DNA from: the human T2T-CHM13v2.0 reference genome, Homo sapiens
Assembly (NCBI RefSeq): GCF_009914755.1
Contig: NC_060936.1
DNA: 64,000 nt
Direction: 5' to 3' (one strand)
The position numbers and the translations under genes were made by a program. Below, one piece after another: positions 1-17,452 of this stretch; positions within the stretch are counted from its first letter, which is position 1; every line of letters starts with the position of its first letter. Under the pieces are notes generated by a model. It was not told where the DNA came from. It saw nothing but the letters and a program-made list of their open reading frames with translations, and did no database searches.

Positions 1-7
1 TTTTTAA

Positions 8-375
<368 letters not shown>

Positions 376-906
376 TAGGTCCGTACGTCTATGTGTGACT
401 GGTTTCTGAAGATTAGACTCTGAGTTATCTTACTAATCGAATTTCAAATCCCAGTGTCCTCTTAATATAAGTCTTGGAAAGTGGGGAACTTGTAGGACTT
501 TAGAGGCTCAGTGTAAAATATATTACTGTTCTTTCTTAGCTATTTCTCACATAAAAACAATTTCTGGAAAGAAAGCCAGAGGTTTAGGTTTCTTGATATA
601 GGATTTATTTTCTGTGTCATTTGAGGTTTACTTTTGCATATATTCTTTGGTGTGTTTTTTTGTTGAGAGGCAAAGCGAGGAGATTGTGGGCAAGGGAGGA
701 ATATGGTACAGTATTATTGGAAGACTTGAATGAGTCCAGTTAACTATAGCACTCAGGAGGTCAAGGTTGCAGTGAGCTATAATTGTGCCACTGCCTTCCA
801 GCCTGGATGATAGAGCAAGACTCTGTCTCATTAAAAAAAAGAAAAAGAAAATAAAAATTGGGCTTGGTGGTACCGTGGAATCATCCATCCAACCCCTCTG
901 CCTGAC

Positions 907-908
<2 letters not shown>

Positions 909-952
<44 letters not shown>
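909..952. repeat. (TG)22 microsatellite
   Basis: Perfect TG run. Confidence 0.97.
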
Positions 953-959
<7 letters not shown>

Positions 960-1661
960 TTTTAATGAGACAGTCTTACTATGTTGTCCAAGCTAGTCTT
1001 ACTATGTTGTCCAGCTCCTGGGCTTAAGCAGTGCTCCCATCTCAGCTTCTTGAGTTCCTGGGATTCCAGGCATATATCACCACACTCAGCTGGCCTATCT
1101 GACTTTAGATGGTGTCTCTCTTTTCTTTTTGTGTAATTTTACTGAAAACAAGATCATTTACTCAGTATAATTAGGCCTTTATTTTGGCATGTAGATTATT
1201 CTGTTAACTTGCTCTGCATTTAGAATATATTTGGCTGATTTTAATTTACTGGTAATAACTGAATTTCCTTGTGCATACTTACTCTGACAGATTAACATTG
1301 CACTTTTTTGCAGTGGATTTTTCATTTATTTACAGAAAGATTTCATGGATTCATTTGTGTTCTTCAGGTGCATAGATGTTTGTGCATTTATCTATATTAT
1401 CATACAAGCCATTTTAAGTATAGGCCATTCAAATACATTCAGATACATACACTGGTACAAGGATACACTGGTTCATACACTGGTTCAAGGATATTGACCA
1501 AAGTGAAGGAGACTCAGACTACCCTTGGCTCCTAGGTTTGTACCATTCTTATTCACTTTGGGCATTTTGGAGAAGATTCCCGGAGGCAAAACCTGTTCTG
1601 ACAGAAACTCAGTACTTTGTAGAGTTCTCAACAGAAAGCCAAAACCTCCCTGTAACACTGA

Positions 1662-2052
<391 letters not shown>

Positions 2053-2918
2053 TAAAATTTTTTTTTCCTGGACATTCTGGCAGGAAAACCTGATGGCAGT
2101 TACTTTGAGAAGGAACCTTCAGTGTCTAATATAAACCCAGTTGTTTCATTGGCTGGTCTTTCTGAGATAATATAACATCTTATATTTTCATAGTGTTTTG
2201 GACTTAACACGTGTGCTCAGAGTATTTCTGATGAAAAAGGAAGTAGATGATTCTTCCAAGATTACATAGCTGCAAAGTGAAAGAACTGGATTGAATTCAG
2301 TTTAGCAGTGGCATGATCTTAGCTCACATAGCCTCAAACTCCTGGACTCAAGCAATCCTTCTACCTCTAGTGTAGTAGTTGGGACTACAGGCATGCATCA
2401 CCACGTCTGGCTAATTTAAACATTTTCAGAGTTGGGATCTTGCTTTGTTGCCCATACTGGTTTGAAATCTGTCTTCTAGCCATCATCTTGCCTCAGCCTC
2501 CAGAGCAGCTGGGATTCTACGCACAAGTCACTGTGCTCAGCAGGTTGTTTTCTATTTCTGTTATGTCTGATACAACCTAATACAACACAATTTGCTGTAC
2601 CATGAGAGACTGGACTTGGGACCCCTGTGTCTTATTCTGTTAAAATAGCCAGACCTTAATTCATTTTAAAATAGAAGAACCATGGCAAATTATATTCTTG
2701 AACATACTTCTTCCAAATTTGGATGTAATTGGAATCCTTTGGTATTTGATTTTTCAGGGTTAATTTTAACAGTAGGAGAGTTTCTAAAAATAGCATAAAA
2801 ATGTTTTTCAGATATTATACGTCTAAAAAGTCTCAGATTTGAAGAAGACCCTTTTGTCAGATTTGGGAGTATTTTTATCAAAACGTCGTCCTAATACAGG
2901 CTAAGAAAGAAAATATAG

Positions 2919-3252
<334 letters not shown>

Positions 3253-3745
3253 TTTTTTGGATCTTTCTAAACATTTCACCCCAATATAGCTAAACACAGT
3301 TAACTTTGATCTCTTTACGCCTACTTCATTTGGTATAAAATTCACTAGGCTGAAGATTTTGGTTTTTCTTTGAATCTGAAGGTGTTGCCTTAATTGTGTT
3401 ACTAGACATTATTCCATGTAGAGTCTAAACCATACTTAATAAGGCTGTATCAGATGTGATTTCAGACCTGCCATTATCTCTATAGTCATGTTTGCTCATA
3501 GGAAAAAAATTAGAAGCCAGATACTGCTGTTTCTACCAAATTTAGTGATTGAGTGTTGTTAGGTAGAGGCAGTGCTTATTTCGAAGGAACTAAATCTTAT
3601 CTTTAAGAGTATTTCAGAGTAGGGCGGGGGGGTCACTTAAGAATCCTTTTAACATTAAGGAGAATCCTTCTGTCAAAAAAGTTGTTACAGGAATGATGTT
3701 GATATTGTTCCCAAATACTTTCTTTAAGGCATTTCTGTTTACGTA

Positions 3746-3820
3746 TTAGGTTGGTGCACAAGTAATTGCGTTTTTTTTCAATTAATGGCAAAAACGGCAA
3801 TGACTTGTGCACCAAACTAA
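3746..3820. mobile_element. MADE1 (Hsmar1 MITE) hairpin
   Basis: TTAGGTTGGTGCACAAGTAATTGCG...GCAATGACTTGTGCACCAAACTAA palindrome flanked by TA on both sides. Confidence 0.92.
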
Positions 3821-3916
3821 TAATATGATTTCTGAGAGAATTTTAAACCAACCCCTGATTCCTCCTCTTTGTTACTTGGATTGCAGAGTAACACTTTGAA
3901 TCTAGTAGTAGTTGTG

Positions 3917-4625
3917 TTTTTTTTTCTTGAGAGATGATCTGTCTCTTACTGCCCAGGCTGGAGTGCAGTGGCATGATTATAGCAGTTCATTGTAGCCTTG
4001 CCCTCTCCAGTGCAAGCAATTCTCCCACCTCAGCCTCTTAAGTAGCTGGGACCACAGGTGGGCACCACCATGCCTGGTTAATTTTTGTATATTTTGTATA
4101 GACAGGGTTATGGCATGTTGCCCAGGCTGGCCTCATTCCTGGGCTCAAGCAATCCTCCTGCCTTGGCCTTCCAAAGTGCTGGGGTTAGAGGTGTGAGCCA
4201 CTGTGCCTGGTGAGTCTAGTAGTCTTGATTTCAAAAATTGATAGCATTAATTACCCATGTGTGATTATTAAACAATATTGAATTAATTTCTATAGCATTT
4301 AAGTTTTTTTTTTTGGAGAGAAGGTCTCACTGTGTCACCTACACTGGAGTGCAGTAGTGCCATCATGGCTCACTGCAGCCTCCATCTCTTGGACTTAAGC
4401 AATCATCCTGCCTCAGCTGCTAGCCCTATGCCCCACCACCACCCCTGAGTAGCTGGGACTACGAGTGCATATGCCATTATGCCTAGCCAATTTTTTTTGT
4501 TACTTTTGTAGAGACAGGGTCTTGCTGTGTTGCCCAGGCTGGTCTCGAACTCCTGAGCTCAAGCCGTCCCCCTACCTCGGTCTCCCAAAGTGCTGGAATT
4601 GCTGGTGTGAGCCACCACATCGGGT
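3917..4625 (-). mobile_element. Two AluJ-type elements (3917-4210, 4304-4625)
   Basis: Antisense Alus with GGGCTCAAGC J-type signature. Confidence 0.85.
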
Positions 4626-6043
4626 GCATATAAGTATTGCTTTGTATTTTTTTTCTGTTCCTACATTTATTTTTAAAAGTTACTTTTAACTCTGAGAACC
4701 TTGGCCATTAGTTTATAAACATGTTCTAGGGTTGGGAATTTTGAGTATGAAGGAGGAAACGTTATGACTTCCTTTATCTCATACTTAAAGAAACTAGCAA
4801 ATTCGTTGTGGAGTCAGGATATGCAGTAACTTCTCTAAACAGTCTTGTCAAATGGCAGTGGTGGTATTGCCTTGTTATACCTATTTGACATAAGATGGTA
4901 TTGTTTTTGAGTAAAAATTGACCTCAATTATTTGTTTATAGACTGTCAGTTTTTCTAGTCTATTAAAAATTTTATTTTAGGCTGGCTGAAGAAAGATTCT
5001 TCAGTTCTTTGTATATCTTTCTTGTGTTCTATATGTATGTAGTATATTACAGTCTTCAAAGTGTGACTCTGTAATTGTTCTTAACCTTAGAAAAGAACAG
5101 AGCCTTTCAAGATAATGATTCTTTCAAGATAATGATTGTGGTAGACCCTTCTTTTCCTGATGTTGGGAAGCAGTTTTCAGTGTTTGGTTTGATGGAAATA
5201 GCATCAGTTAGGAAATTGACATGTCACTGGTAGGAAGATGATAAAGATTAATTTGTTAGTTTTGGTGCTTTCCACACCTAGTTATACTTAGTACCCTGAA
5301 CCTAGAATGTGGATCTGTTATGAAAGTAGGGTAGCTCATGTCTGTTGTTTTTATTACTATATTCACTTAATATTTCGTATTCTATTTGTTTCATTACAAA
5401 ATTTCATATTCCAGACAGGGTCTCAAATATCTCTCTATGTCATAATCGAGATAGAAATAATTCTTCATGATTAGAACAATATGGGAACAAATATTGTCAG
5501 TATGCATGTGAGACCAGGATATCACCAGTAAAAGATTGTAATTTGATAATTTTCATTCATTCTTTGAAGTTGAAAATATCAGTATCTTCTAATTAACATT
5601 TATTGGTCATTTCATTAATTTTTTTATACCTTTAAAAAGGTATATTTTTACAAAATATACCTTTCATAAAAGGTAAAAGGTGTATTTTTCCTATTTAAAA
5701 TTAATAGATGTTTGTTCTTTTGTGCAGTAAATACAAAAATGTAAATAATGGCCCATGGTCTCAGTTCCAAGGGATATATTGCTAATATTATATATATTTC
5801 CTTCTGAATGGTATTCTGTGATCGGTGTGTTAATTCCTTATCGAAGGTGTGGACAGTAGCATTAAGGGTGGCTTATACTAGGATGTTTTGACAGTTTATG
5901 TATATTAAGCATTTTGATTGGCTTGTACATTCAGTAGCTCTTGTCAGTTGAAGAGTTGTAACATGTTAATTTGAATGTATGAGGAATCAAACTCTTCTTG
6001 AGATAAGTCATGAAAATTAATATGGTTCTGTTTTTCTTAACAG

Positions 6044-6151
6044 GTATTTGTTTGCTTATGGAAAGGTTGTAAAGTATATAACACTCCATCTACCAGTCAA
6101 AGTTGGTTACAAAGGCATATGCTGACACACAGTGGAGACAAACCTTTCAAG
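6044..6151 (+). CDS. AEBP2: AEBP2 coding exon (likely exon 3), second C2H2 zinc finger
   Basis: Acceptor ttcttaacag|, donor AAG|gtaagg; 108 nt, phase 0-0; translates [36 protein letters not shown] (C-x4-C...H-x3-H plus TGEKP-like linker SGDKPF). Confidence 0.96.
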
Positions 6152-6185
6152 GTAAGGATGCATGTATATAAAATTAATTAATTAA

Positions 6186-6497
6186 TTTATTTATTTATTT
6201 ATTTATTTATTTATGACAGAAGAGTCTCACTCTGTTGCCCAGGCTGGAGTGCAATGGTGCCATCTTGGCTCCCTGCAGCCTCCACCTGCTGTGTTCAATT
6301 GATTTTCCTGCCTCAGTCTCCTGAGTAGCTGGGACTACAGGCGTGTGCCACCACACCTGGCTAATTTTTGTACTTTTAGTAGAGATGGTGTTTCACCATG
6401 TTGGCCAGGATGGTCTTGAACTCTTGACCTCAGGTGATTCTCCCGCCTTGGCCACCCAAAGTGCTGGGATTACAGGCATGAGCCACTGCGCCTGGCT
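6186..6497 (-). mobile_element. AluS with (TTTA)n tail, 35 nt downstream of an exon donor
   Basis: TTTA microsatellite then antisense Alu. Confidence 0.9.
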
Positions 6498-7585
6498 GTT
6501 TTTTCTTTTAAATGTTAGCTTAAGCTGACATGTTTCCTAATAGGCATAATTAAAAGCTCCTCTAAATTTTTTTAAAAACAACCATTTGTTTTAACATTCT
6601 TGTACACGCATTGAATTTCAAAAGTAGATGGAGATAAAGCTCATTTGATCAATTTTTTTCTATTTGAAGTACGGGAGAAATGTTGCTGTTGGATTAGGGT
6701 CTTGAAAATAGCTAGTGGGTAGACTAATGACTGGAAGCCATGTTGGTTTTTTTTAATACCTTGTGGTCTGATTATGTTTTCTTATTGTTAAAGGTTTCGG
6801 CATTTTCATTAGCAAACAACATTGACTATTATATAAAATAAATAAATTGTAGGACATTAAAGGATTTGATTCCTTTCACTCAGTTTTGAGGTCACACTAC
6901 TGAGCTTAGTTGTAATTAGTTGTAAATCACTTTTGTCAAATTAGATGTATTCTGGGAAATCTTTATAAAGAGCAAGTTTCTGTAAAAATCTTTTCCATTT
7001 ATCTTTATGAAAAATTAAGTATTTTGGTTTCTATTTATGGAAAGCAGCATATACCATAGAGATTAACAGTTTATGTTTAAAGGAGTTTAATAGTTGTTAA
7101 AACCACATTTACTGGAATGAATACTGTGCCAGTTATTTCCCTTGGGTTTTGTAGAGAGTGAGGTAATTCTTGTGGAGTTGCTTTTAAAAACAACCTTTTT
7201 GGAAAAAGCAATCAGCAAGTTAAAACATTATAGCAAAGGTTTACACTAAGAATTATTTGTCTCTCTCTTTTTCCTGTTTCCCCCCTTCCTCCCAAATATA
7301 TAATTATTATTTGTTTCTTGTGATTTTTTTTCTAGTATTTCCTTATGCAACCATAAGCAGATAAATATGTAGTCTCATTCTCCTTTCTTTCTTACACAAA
7401 GTCTAGTAAATTAAATACTGTCTGTGCCTTGCTTTAAAAAGAAACAAACTTAATTTTAGAGCAGCTTTAAATACACAGATTACTTGTTTTTCTATATACT
7501 TGTTTTTCTATATACCAAGTTTCTTCCATTCTTGAAATACTATATTGTATATGGGTACCTTGCTTTTTTGTTTTAATTTGAATAG

Positions 7586-8029
<444 letters not shown>

Positions 8030-9017
8030 TAGTCCCCAAAGTCTATTATATCATTCTTATGCCTGCTCATAGCTTAGCTCCTAATTATAAGTGAGAACAA
8101 AACGATATTTGATTTTCCTTTCCTGAATTACTTCACTTAGAATAATGGTCTCCAACTCCATCCAGGTTTCTGTGAAAGCCATATTTTGTTCCTTCTTATG
8201 GCTTGAGTAGTATTCCATGGTATGTATGTATGTATGTGTGTATGTGTGTGTATATATATATATACTGCATTTTCTTTATCCACTTATTGATTGAAGGGCA
8301 CACTTGTGTGTGCAAGTGTCTTTTTCATATAATGACTTTTCCCAGTAGTCATTCATATAATGACTTTTTCCCAGTGTCATTCATATAGTGACAATCCCAG
8401 TAGTGGGATTGCAGGATCAAATGGTAGTTCTACTTTTAGTTCTTTAAGAAATCTCTGTACGGTTTTCTCTAGTGGTTGTATTATATTCTCACCAGCAGTG
8501 TAAAAGTGTTCCCTTTTCACCACATCCATGCCAACATCTGTTGTTTTTTGCCTTTTAAATTATGGCCATTATTGTAGGAATAAGGTGGTATTGTGTTGTA
8601 TATCTTCTTTTGAGAAATGCTTATTCATGTAATTTGCCCACTTTTCGATGGGATTATTATTATTTTTTTCTTGTTGATTTCTTTGAGTGCCTTGTCAATT
8701 TTGAACATTAGTCCTTTGTTGGATGCATAGTTTGCAAATATTTTCTCCCATTCTGTGGGTTGTCTGTTTATTCTGCTGATTATTTCTTTTATGTGCAGAA
8801 GCTGATAATCTGCTGATTATTTCTTTTTATGTGCAGAAGCTTTTTAGTTTAATTAGGTTTCATCTGTTTGTTGTTGTTCTTATTGCATTTGCTTTAGGGT
8901 TCTTGGTCATAAACTCTTTGCCTAAGCCAATGTCTGGAAGAGTTTTTCCAATGTTATCTTCCAGAATTTTTATGGTTTAAGGTCTTAGATTTAAGTCTTT
9001 GCTCCATCTTGAGTTGA

Positions 9018-9492
<475 letters not shown>

Positions 9493-12400
9493 TAAGCATA
9501 GCCTTGCAGTATAAAAAGTCAGATAATGTGATACCTCCAGATTTGCTCTTTTTGCTTAGTCTTGCTTTGGCTATCTGGGCTCTCTTTCGGTTCCATATGA
9601 ATTTTAGGATAGTGTGTTTCTAGTTCTGTGAAGATTGATGATGGTACTTTGATGGGAATTGCGTTGAATCTGTAGATTGCTTTTGGCAGTATTGTCATAT
9701 TCACAATATTAATTCTACCCATCCATGAGCATGGGATGTGTTTTCATTTGTTGGTGTTGTCGATGATTTCTTTCAGCAGTGTTTTGTAGTTTTCCTTGTA
9801 GAGGTCTTTCACCTCCTTGGTTAGGTATATTCCTAAGTATTTTATTTTTTTGTAGCTTTTGTAATAGGGGTTAAGTTCTTTAGTTGTTTCTCAACTTCGT
9901 CATTGTTGGTGTAGAGCAGTGTTATTAATTTACGTTGATTTTTGTATCCTGAAAGTTTACTGAATTTATCAGATTACAAGCTTTTTGGATGAGTCTTTAG
10001 GGTTTCCTAGGTATATGATCATATCGTCAGCAAACAGCGACAGTTTCATTTCCTCTCACCTATTCGGATGTCCTTTATTTCTTTTCTCTGATTGCTCTGG
10101 CTAGGACTTCTAGTACTTATGTTGAATGGAAGTGGTGAGGGTGGACCATCCTTGTCTTCTTCCAGTTGTCACGGGGAATGCTTTCAACTTTTCCCCGTTC
10201 AGTAGAATATGGGCTGTGGGTTTGTTTATTACGTTAAGGTATGTTACTTCTGTGCCAGTTTTGTTGAGGGTTTTAATCATAAAGGGATGCTGGATTTTTT
10301 TGTTATATGCTTTTTCTGCATCTATTGAGATCACATGATTTTCAGTTCTTTTTATGTGATACATCACATTTACTGACTTGTGTATGTTAAACCATCTCTG
10401 CATCCATGGTATGAAACCCACTTGATCATGGTGGATTATCTTTTTGATAGGCTGTTGGATTCGGTTAGCTAGTATTTTGTTGAGGATGTTTGCATCTGTT
10501 ATCAGGGATATTGGTCTGTAGATTTATTTTTTTGTTATGTCCTTTCCTGATTTTGGTATTAGGGTGATACTGGCTTCATAGAATGACTTAGGGAGGATTC
10601 CCTCTTTCTCTGTCTTTTGGAATAGTTACATTAAGATTGGCACCAGTTTTTCTTTGAATGTCTGATAGAGTTCAGCTGTGAATCCAACTGGTCCCAGAAG
10701 GGTCGTGTATTTCCCAGAGTTTATCCTCTCCTCTACATTTTCTACTTCGTGCATGTAAAGGTGTTCATAGTAGCCTTGAATGATCTTTTGTATTTCTGTG
10801 GTATTGGTTGTAATATCTTTTGTTTTGTTTCTAATTGGGCTTATTTAGATATCGTTCTTCTTTTCTTGGTTAGTTTCACTAATGGTCTGTCACTTTTGTC
10901 TTTTCAAAGAACCAGCTTGTTCATTTACCTTTTGTATTGTTGTTGTTCTTTTGGTTTCATTTAGCACCACTCTGGTCTTTGTTATTTCTTTTCTTCTACT
11001 GGGTTTGGGTTTTGTTTGTTCTTTCTTGTTTCTCTAGTTCCTTGAGGTATGACCTTAGATTGCCTATTTGTGACCTTTCAGACTTTTCTTTTTTTTTGAG
11101 ACGGAGTCTCACTCTGTCGCCCAGGCTGGAGTGCAGTGGCATGATCTCAGCTCACTGCAACCTCTGCTTCCTGGGTTCAAGTGAGTCTCCTGTCTCAGCC
11201 TCCCAAGTAAGCTGAGATTACAGGTGTGGGCCACCACACCCAGCTAAGTTTTGTATTTTTACAGGGTTTCACCATGTTGCCCAGGCTGGTCTCAAACTCC
11301 TGACCTCAGGTGATCCACCTGCCTAGGCCTCCTAAAGTGCTGGAATTATAGACGTCAACCACCTTGCCTGGCATTTGATGTAGGCATTTAATGCTATGAA
11401 CTTTTCCTCTTAGCACTGCTTTTGCTGTTGCCCACTGGTTTTGATAAGTTGTGACACTATTATTGTTCAAATAATTTTTTAATTTCCACCTTGATTTCAT
11501 TGTTGACTCAAGGATCATTCAGGAGCAGATTATTTAATTTCCATGTGTTTGTGTAGTTTTGAGGGTTCCTTTTGGAGTTAATTTCCAGTTTCATTCCACT
11601 GTGGTCTGATAGGATACTTGATATAGTTTAGATTTTTTAAAAAATTTATAGAGACTTGTTTTGTGACCTATCATATGGTCTATCTTGGTCTATCCATGTC
11701 CTGATGAAAATAATGTATATCCTGGCCAGGCATGGTAGGTCTCGCACTTTGGGAGGCCGAAGCAGGTGGATTGCTTTAGCTCAGGAGTTTGAGACCAGCC
11801 TGGGCAACATGGCAAAACCTTGTCTCAACAAAAAATAAAAGAATTAGTTGAACATGGTGGTGCACACTTGTAGTCCTAGCTATGCGGGAGGCTGAAGTGG
11901 GAGGATTGCCTGAGCCTGGGAGGGAGAGATTGCCATGAGCCAAGATTGTGCCACTGCACTTTAACCAGGGTGACGGGCCTCAAAAAAAAGTATATTCTGC
12001 AGTTTTTGGTAGAATGTTCTGTAAATACTTGTTAAGTTAATTTGTTACAGGGTGTAGTTTAAATCCATTATTTCTTTGTTGACTTTCGGTCTTGATGACC
12101 TGTCTAATGCTGTCAGTGGAGTATTGAAGTCCCCCACTATTATTTGGAAAACTTACTTGAGGGGAATAACTGAGGAAAACTTCCCTGGCCTTGCTAGAGA
12201 TGTAGATATCCAAATACAAGAAGCTCAAAGAACAGCTGAGAAATTCATCACAAAAAGATCATCACCTAGGCACACAGTCATCAGGTTATCTGAAGTCAGG
12301 ATACAATTATTATTACATAATTATGTTGCTAGGATTATTATTATTTTACTGTGTTTATTGTGTTGCTGTCTATCCTATTTCTTAGGTTTAGTAATTATTT

Positions 12401-12499
12401 TATAAATTTGGGAGCTCCAGTTGTGTGCATATAAATTTAGGATTGTTATTTTCCTGTTGGACTAATTCTTTTATTATTATTTAATGTCCCCTCTTTGTG

Positions 12500-12537
<38 letters not shown>

Positions 12538-12868
12538 ATTGTTGCTTTAAAGTCTGTTATATTTGATATAATAATAGCTATGCCTGCTTGCTTTTGGTTT
12601 CTATTTGCATGGAGTATCTTTTTCCACCCCTTTACCTTAAGTTTATTTGAGTCCTTATGTGTTAGGTGAGTCTCTTGAAGACAGCAGATACTTGGTTGGT
12701 GGAGTTTTATCCATTTTCCCATTCCATACCTTTTAAATGTAGCATTTAGGCCATTTACATTCGGTGTTAGTATTGAGATATGAAGTACTGTTGTATTCAT
12801 CATGCTTGTTGTTGCCTTAATAGCTGTTTTTTTTTCTTCATTGTGTTATTGTTTTATAGGTCCTATGA

Positions 12869-13072
<204 letters not shown>

Positions 13073-13733
13073 TAGAGACAGGGTTTCTCCATGTTGGCCA
13101 GGCTGGTCTTGAATTCCTGACCTCAGGTGATCTGCCCACCTCGGCCTCCCAGAGTGCTGGGATTACAGGCATGGGCCACTGCGCCCTGCCAAGGAGGTTC
13201 TATTTTGGTGTGTTTCGAGGTTTTATTTCAAGATTTAGAACTTCTTTTAGCATTTCTTGTAGTGCTGGCTTGGTAGTGACAAATTCTCTTAGCCTTTGTC
13301 TGAAAAAGACTTGATCTCTCCTTCATTTATGAAGCTTAGTTTTGCTGGATACAATATTCTTGGCTGATAATTATTGTTTCAGGCAGCAGAAGGTGGTACC
13401 CCAGTCTCTTCTGGCTTGTAAGGTTTCTGCTGAGAAGTCTGCTGTTAATCTGATAGGTTTTTCTTTATAGGTTATCTGATGCTTTTGTCCCACAACTCGT
13501 AATATTCTTTCCTGCATCTTGACTTTAGATAACCTGATGACTGTGTGCCTAGGTGATAATATTTTTGGGAGGAATTTCTCAGTTGTTCTTTGAGCTTCTT
13601 GTATTTGGGTGTCTACCTCTTTAGCAAGGCCAGGGAAGTTTTCCTCAGTTATTCACCTCGAGTAAGTTTTCCAAACTTGTAGATTTCTCTTCTTTCTCAG
13701 AAACACCAGTTATTCTTAGGTTTGGTTGTTTGA

Positions 13734-14560
<827 letters not shown>

Positions 14561-16849
14561 TCCAGTGCATTTTCTGTTTCTCTAAGTGTGACTTTTATTT
14601 CTAGAAGTTGTGATTGCTGTTTCTTTATGATATTTTTTCTCTGGAGAATTTTTCATCCGTATCCTGTATTGTTGTCTTTAATTTGGTTTTCACCTTTCTC
14701 TGATATCTCCTTGAGTATCTTAATAATCAACCTTCTGAATTCTTTATCTGGAAATTCAGAAATTTATTCTTGGTTTGGATACATTACTGGGGTTATAGAA
14801 CCCTGTTTTGTCATATTACCAGAATTACTTTTCTGGTTCCTTCTCATTTGTTTAGACTATTTCGGTGGAAAAGACTGGATCTCAGGGCCTGCTGTCTCCC
14901 ACTTCCTCTAGGGATGGGGCTTCCTGAGAGCTGGACTGCAGTGATTGTTATTGCTCTTCTGAGTGTAGCCATCCAGCAGCAGGGCTACTAGGCTCTGGGA
15001 TGGTGCTGGGGAATGCCTACAAGGAGTCCTGTGATGTGATTCATCTTCAGGTCTCCGAGCTGTGGATACCAGCACCTGCTCTGCTGGAGGTGGCAGGGGA
15101 GTGAAGTGGACTCTTTGGTGGTGTTCGGTTGTAGATATGTTGAGTGTACTTGCTTTCTTGAATGCTGGTTATGCTAGCAATGAACTTGTAATGTGGACAC
15201 ACTCAGGACCTCTGGTTGGCCAGGATGTCGCAGGCAGTGGAATTAGCTGTTGTTTTCCGCTTCCTGGGATCTGGGTTATTCTGTCATGAGTTGCTCTAAT
15301 GGCCTGAATTGGTTGGCCTCCAACCAGGAGGTGACACTTTGAAGAGTGCACCAGTTGCAGTAGTAGTTAAGTAGGGAGATTGCTTGCCCTAAGTTGGCCT
15401 GGGCAAGTATTTTGGCTTCTGGCGAGATGGGTGGGGCTATGTTTCCTGTTCTGCTAAAGGGGCAGGTAGAGAAATACCATCAGGTGGGAGCAGGGTTAGG
15501 CGGAACTGGGCTCAGACTCACTTTCATTAGGCGGGGCTTGCCACAGCCACTGTGGGAGATAGGGCGTTGGTTTTCAGGCCAGTGGGGTTATGTTCCATAG
15601 GGGATTTTGGCTGCCTCTGCTGTGTCATATAGTTCACCAGGGAAGTGGGGGGTTGTGAGAGTCCTGGTTGCGAGAGACCTCATTCAGCTCCCATGCAGTG
15701 GGTGAAGCCACTCTCACTCCCTTGGTGTACTGCTCAGACCTTGCCCCAGGCTTCCCTGCTGAGAAAGCAAGGCCTTCAGACCTCGCCCCTCCCCGTCTGC
15801 CTACTCTGTCAGCAGCTCTGCGCTGGTATCTGCAGCAGTTCCTGTTCCCTCGCCACCTCCCTTTTCTGCTCAAGAAAATCCATGTCCAGCTGAAATTGTT
15901 ACTATCTCATTTAGAAGCTTCTTTTGCCCTGTTACCCTTCCCTAATTCTACTGGCTGTCTTCTGCTAGTACCCTTGTGAGATATAGTCGGGGATGGCTTC
16001 CCTGGGCTCTAGCTAGAGGCTGGGAATGCTTACAAGGCATTTCCCACTGCTGCTTCTACTTTTATATTTTGCACGTTCCCTTAAATCTGTTTCAGCCCTA
16101 GGTAAGGTTAAATCCGTCTCGTCTCCCATGATCTGGATTTTCAGATTCCCCAGTGGGGTTGTGTGTGTGGAGGCAGGTTTTCTCTCTCTTACACTTTGGG
16201 AACTCACAGTTTTTTACCTGTCTCACGGAATTTGCAGCAGTGTACCGCTTCTTTGAAAGGATCTGTGAATTTTTTCGGTTTGCCTGGTATATTCCTGGGG
16301 TGGTTCTTGAAGCAAAAGTTCACGGTGCGAGTCTCCACATGGTGTTCTCTCTGCCAAAGTGGGAGCTGCATGTTAGCCCTTTCTCCTATCTCCATCTTCC
16401 TCCTCCCGATTGTACCTTGCTTTTTGAATATACTTTATGCTGGGATCTTTTCATATCAGTTCATAGTGAATAGTCTCATTTTTTCAGCTTCATCGCTTTC
16501 CATTGTGTAATATTAGCGGTTTAACCAAACTTTGTAGATACACTTGGGTTGCTTCTTGTCTTATTGTTACAAATAGTGCTATAGTGATGAATCCTGAATA
16601 TGTATCATTTTGTACATGTATAATTATGTATGTAGGAAAAATCCCCTAAAATGATGTGAGTGGGTGGATCAAAGGTTAATGTAAACATTGCTAATTTTGA
16701 TAACTTGCCAAATTGTCGTTCCCTAGAGCTAGTGCCGTCATCAGTAATGTTAGAGTGTCTGCCTAATGTTGGAGTGTCTCCAAGGCTTTGCTGAGAGAGG
16801 ATTGTCAAACTTTTGGATTTTTGCTAATCTCATAGGTGAGACATTACAT

Positions 16850-17452
<603 letters not shown>

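Noticed and set aside
9519-12803. Reverse transcriptase/endonuclease-like ORFs on the minus strand
   Set aside because: Fragments of a dead L1 ORF2 broken by stops, frameshifts and Alus; not an active element or a new RT system
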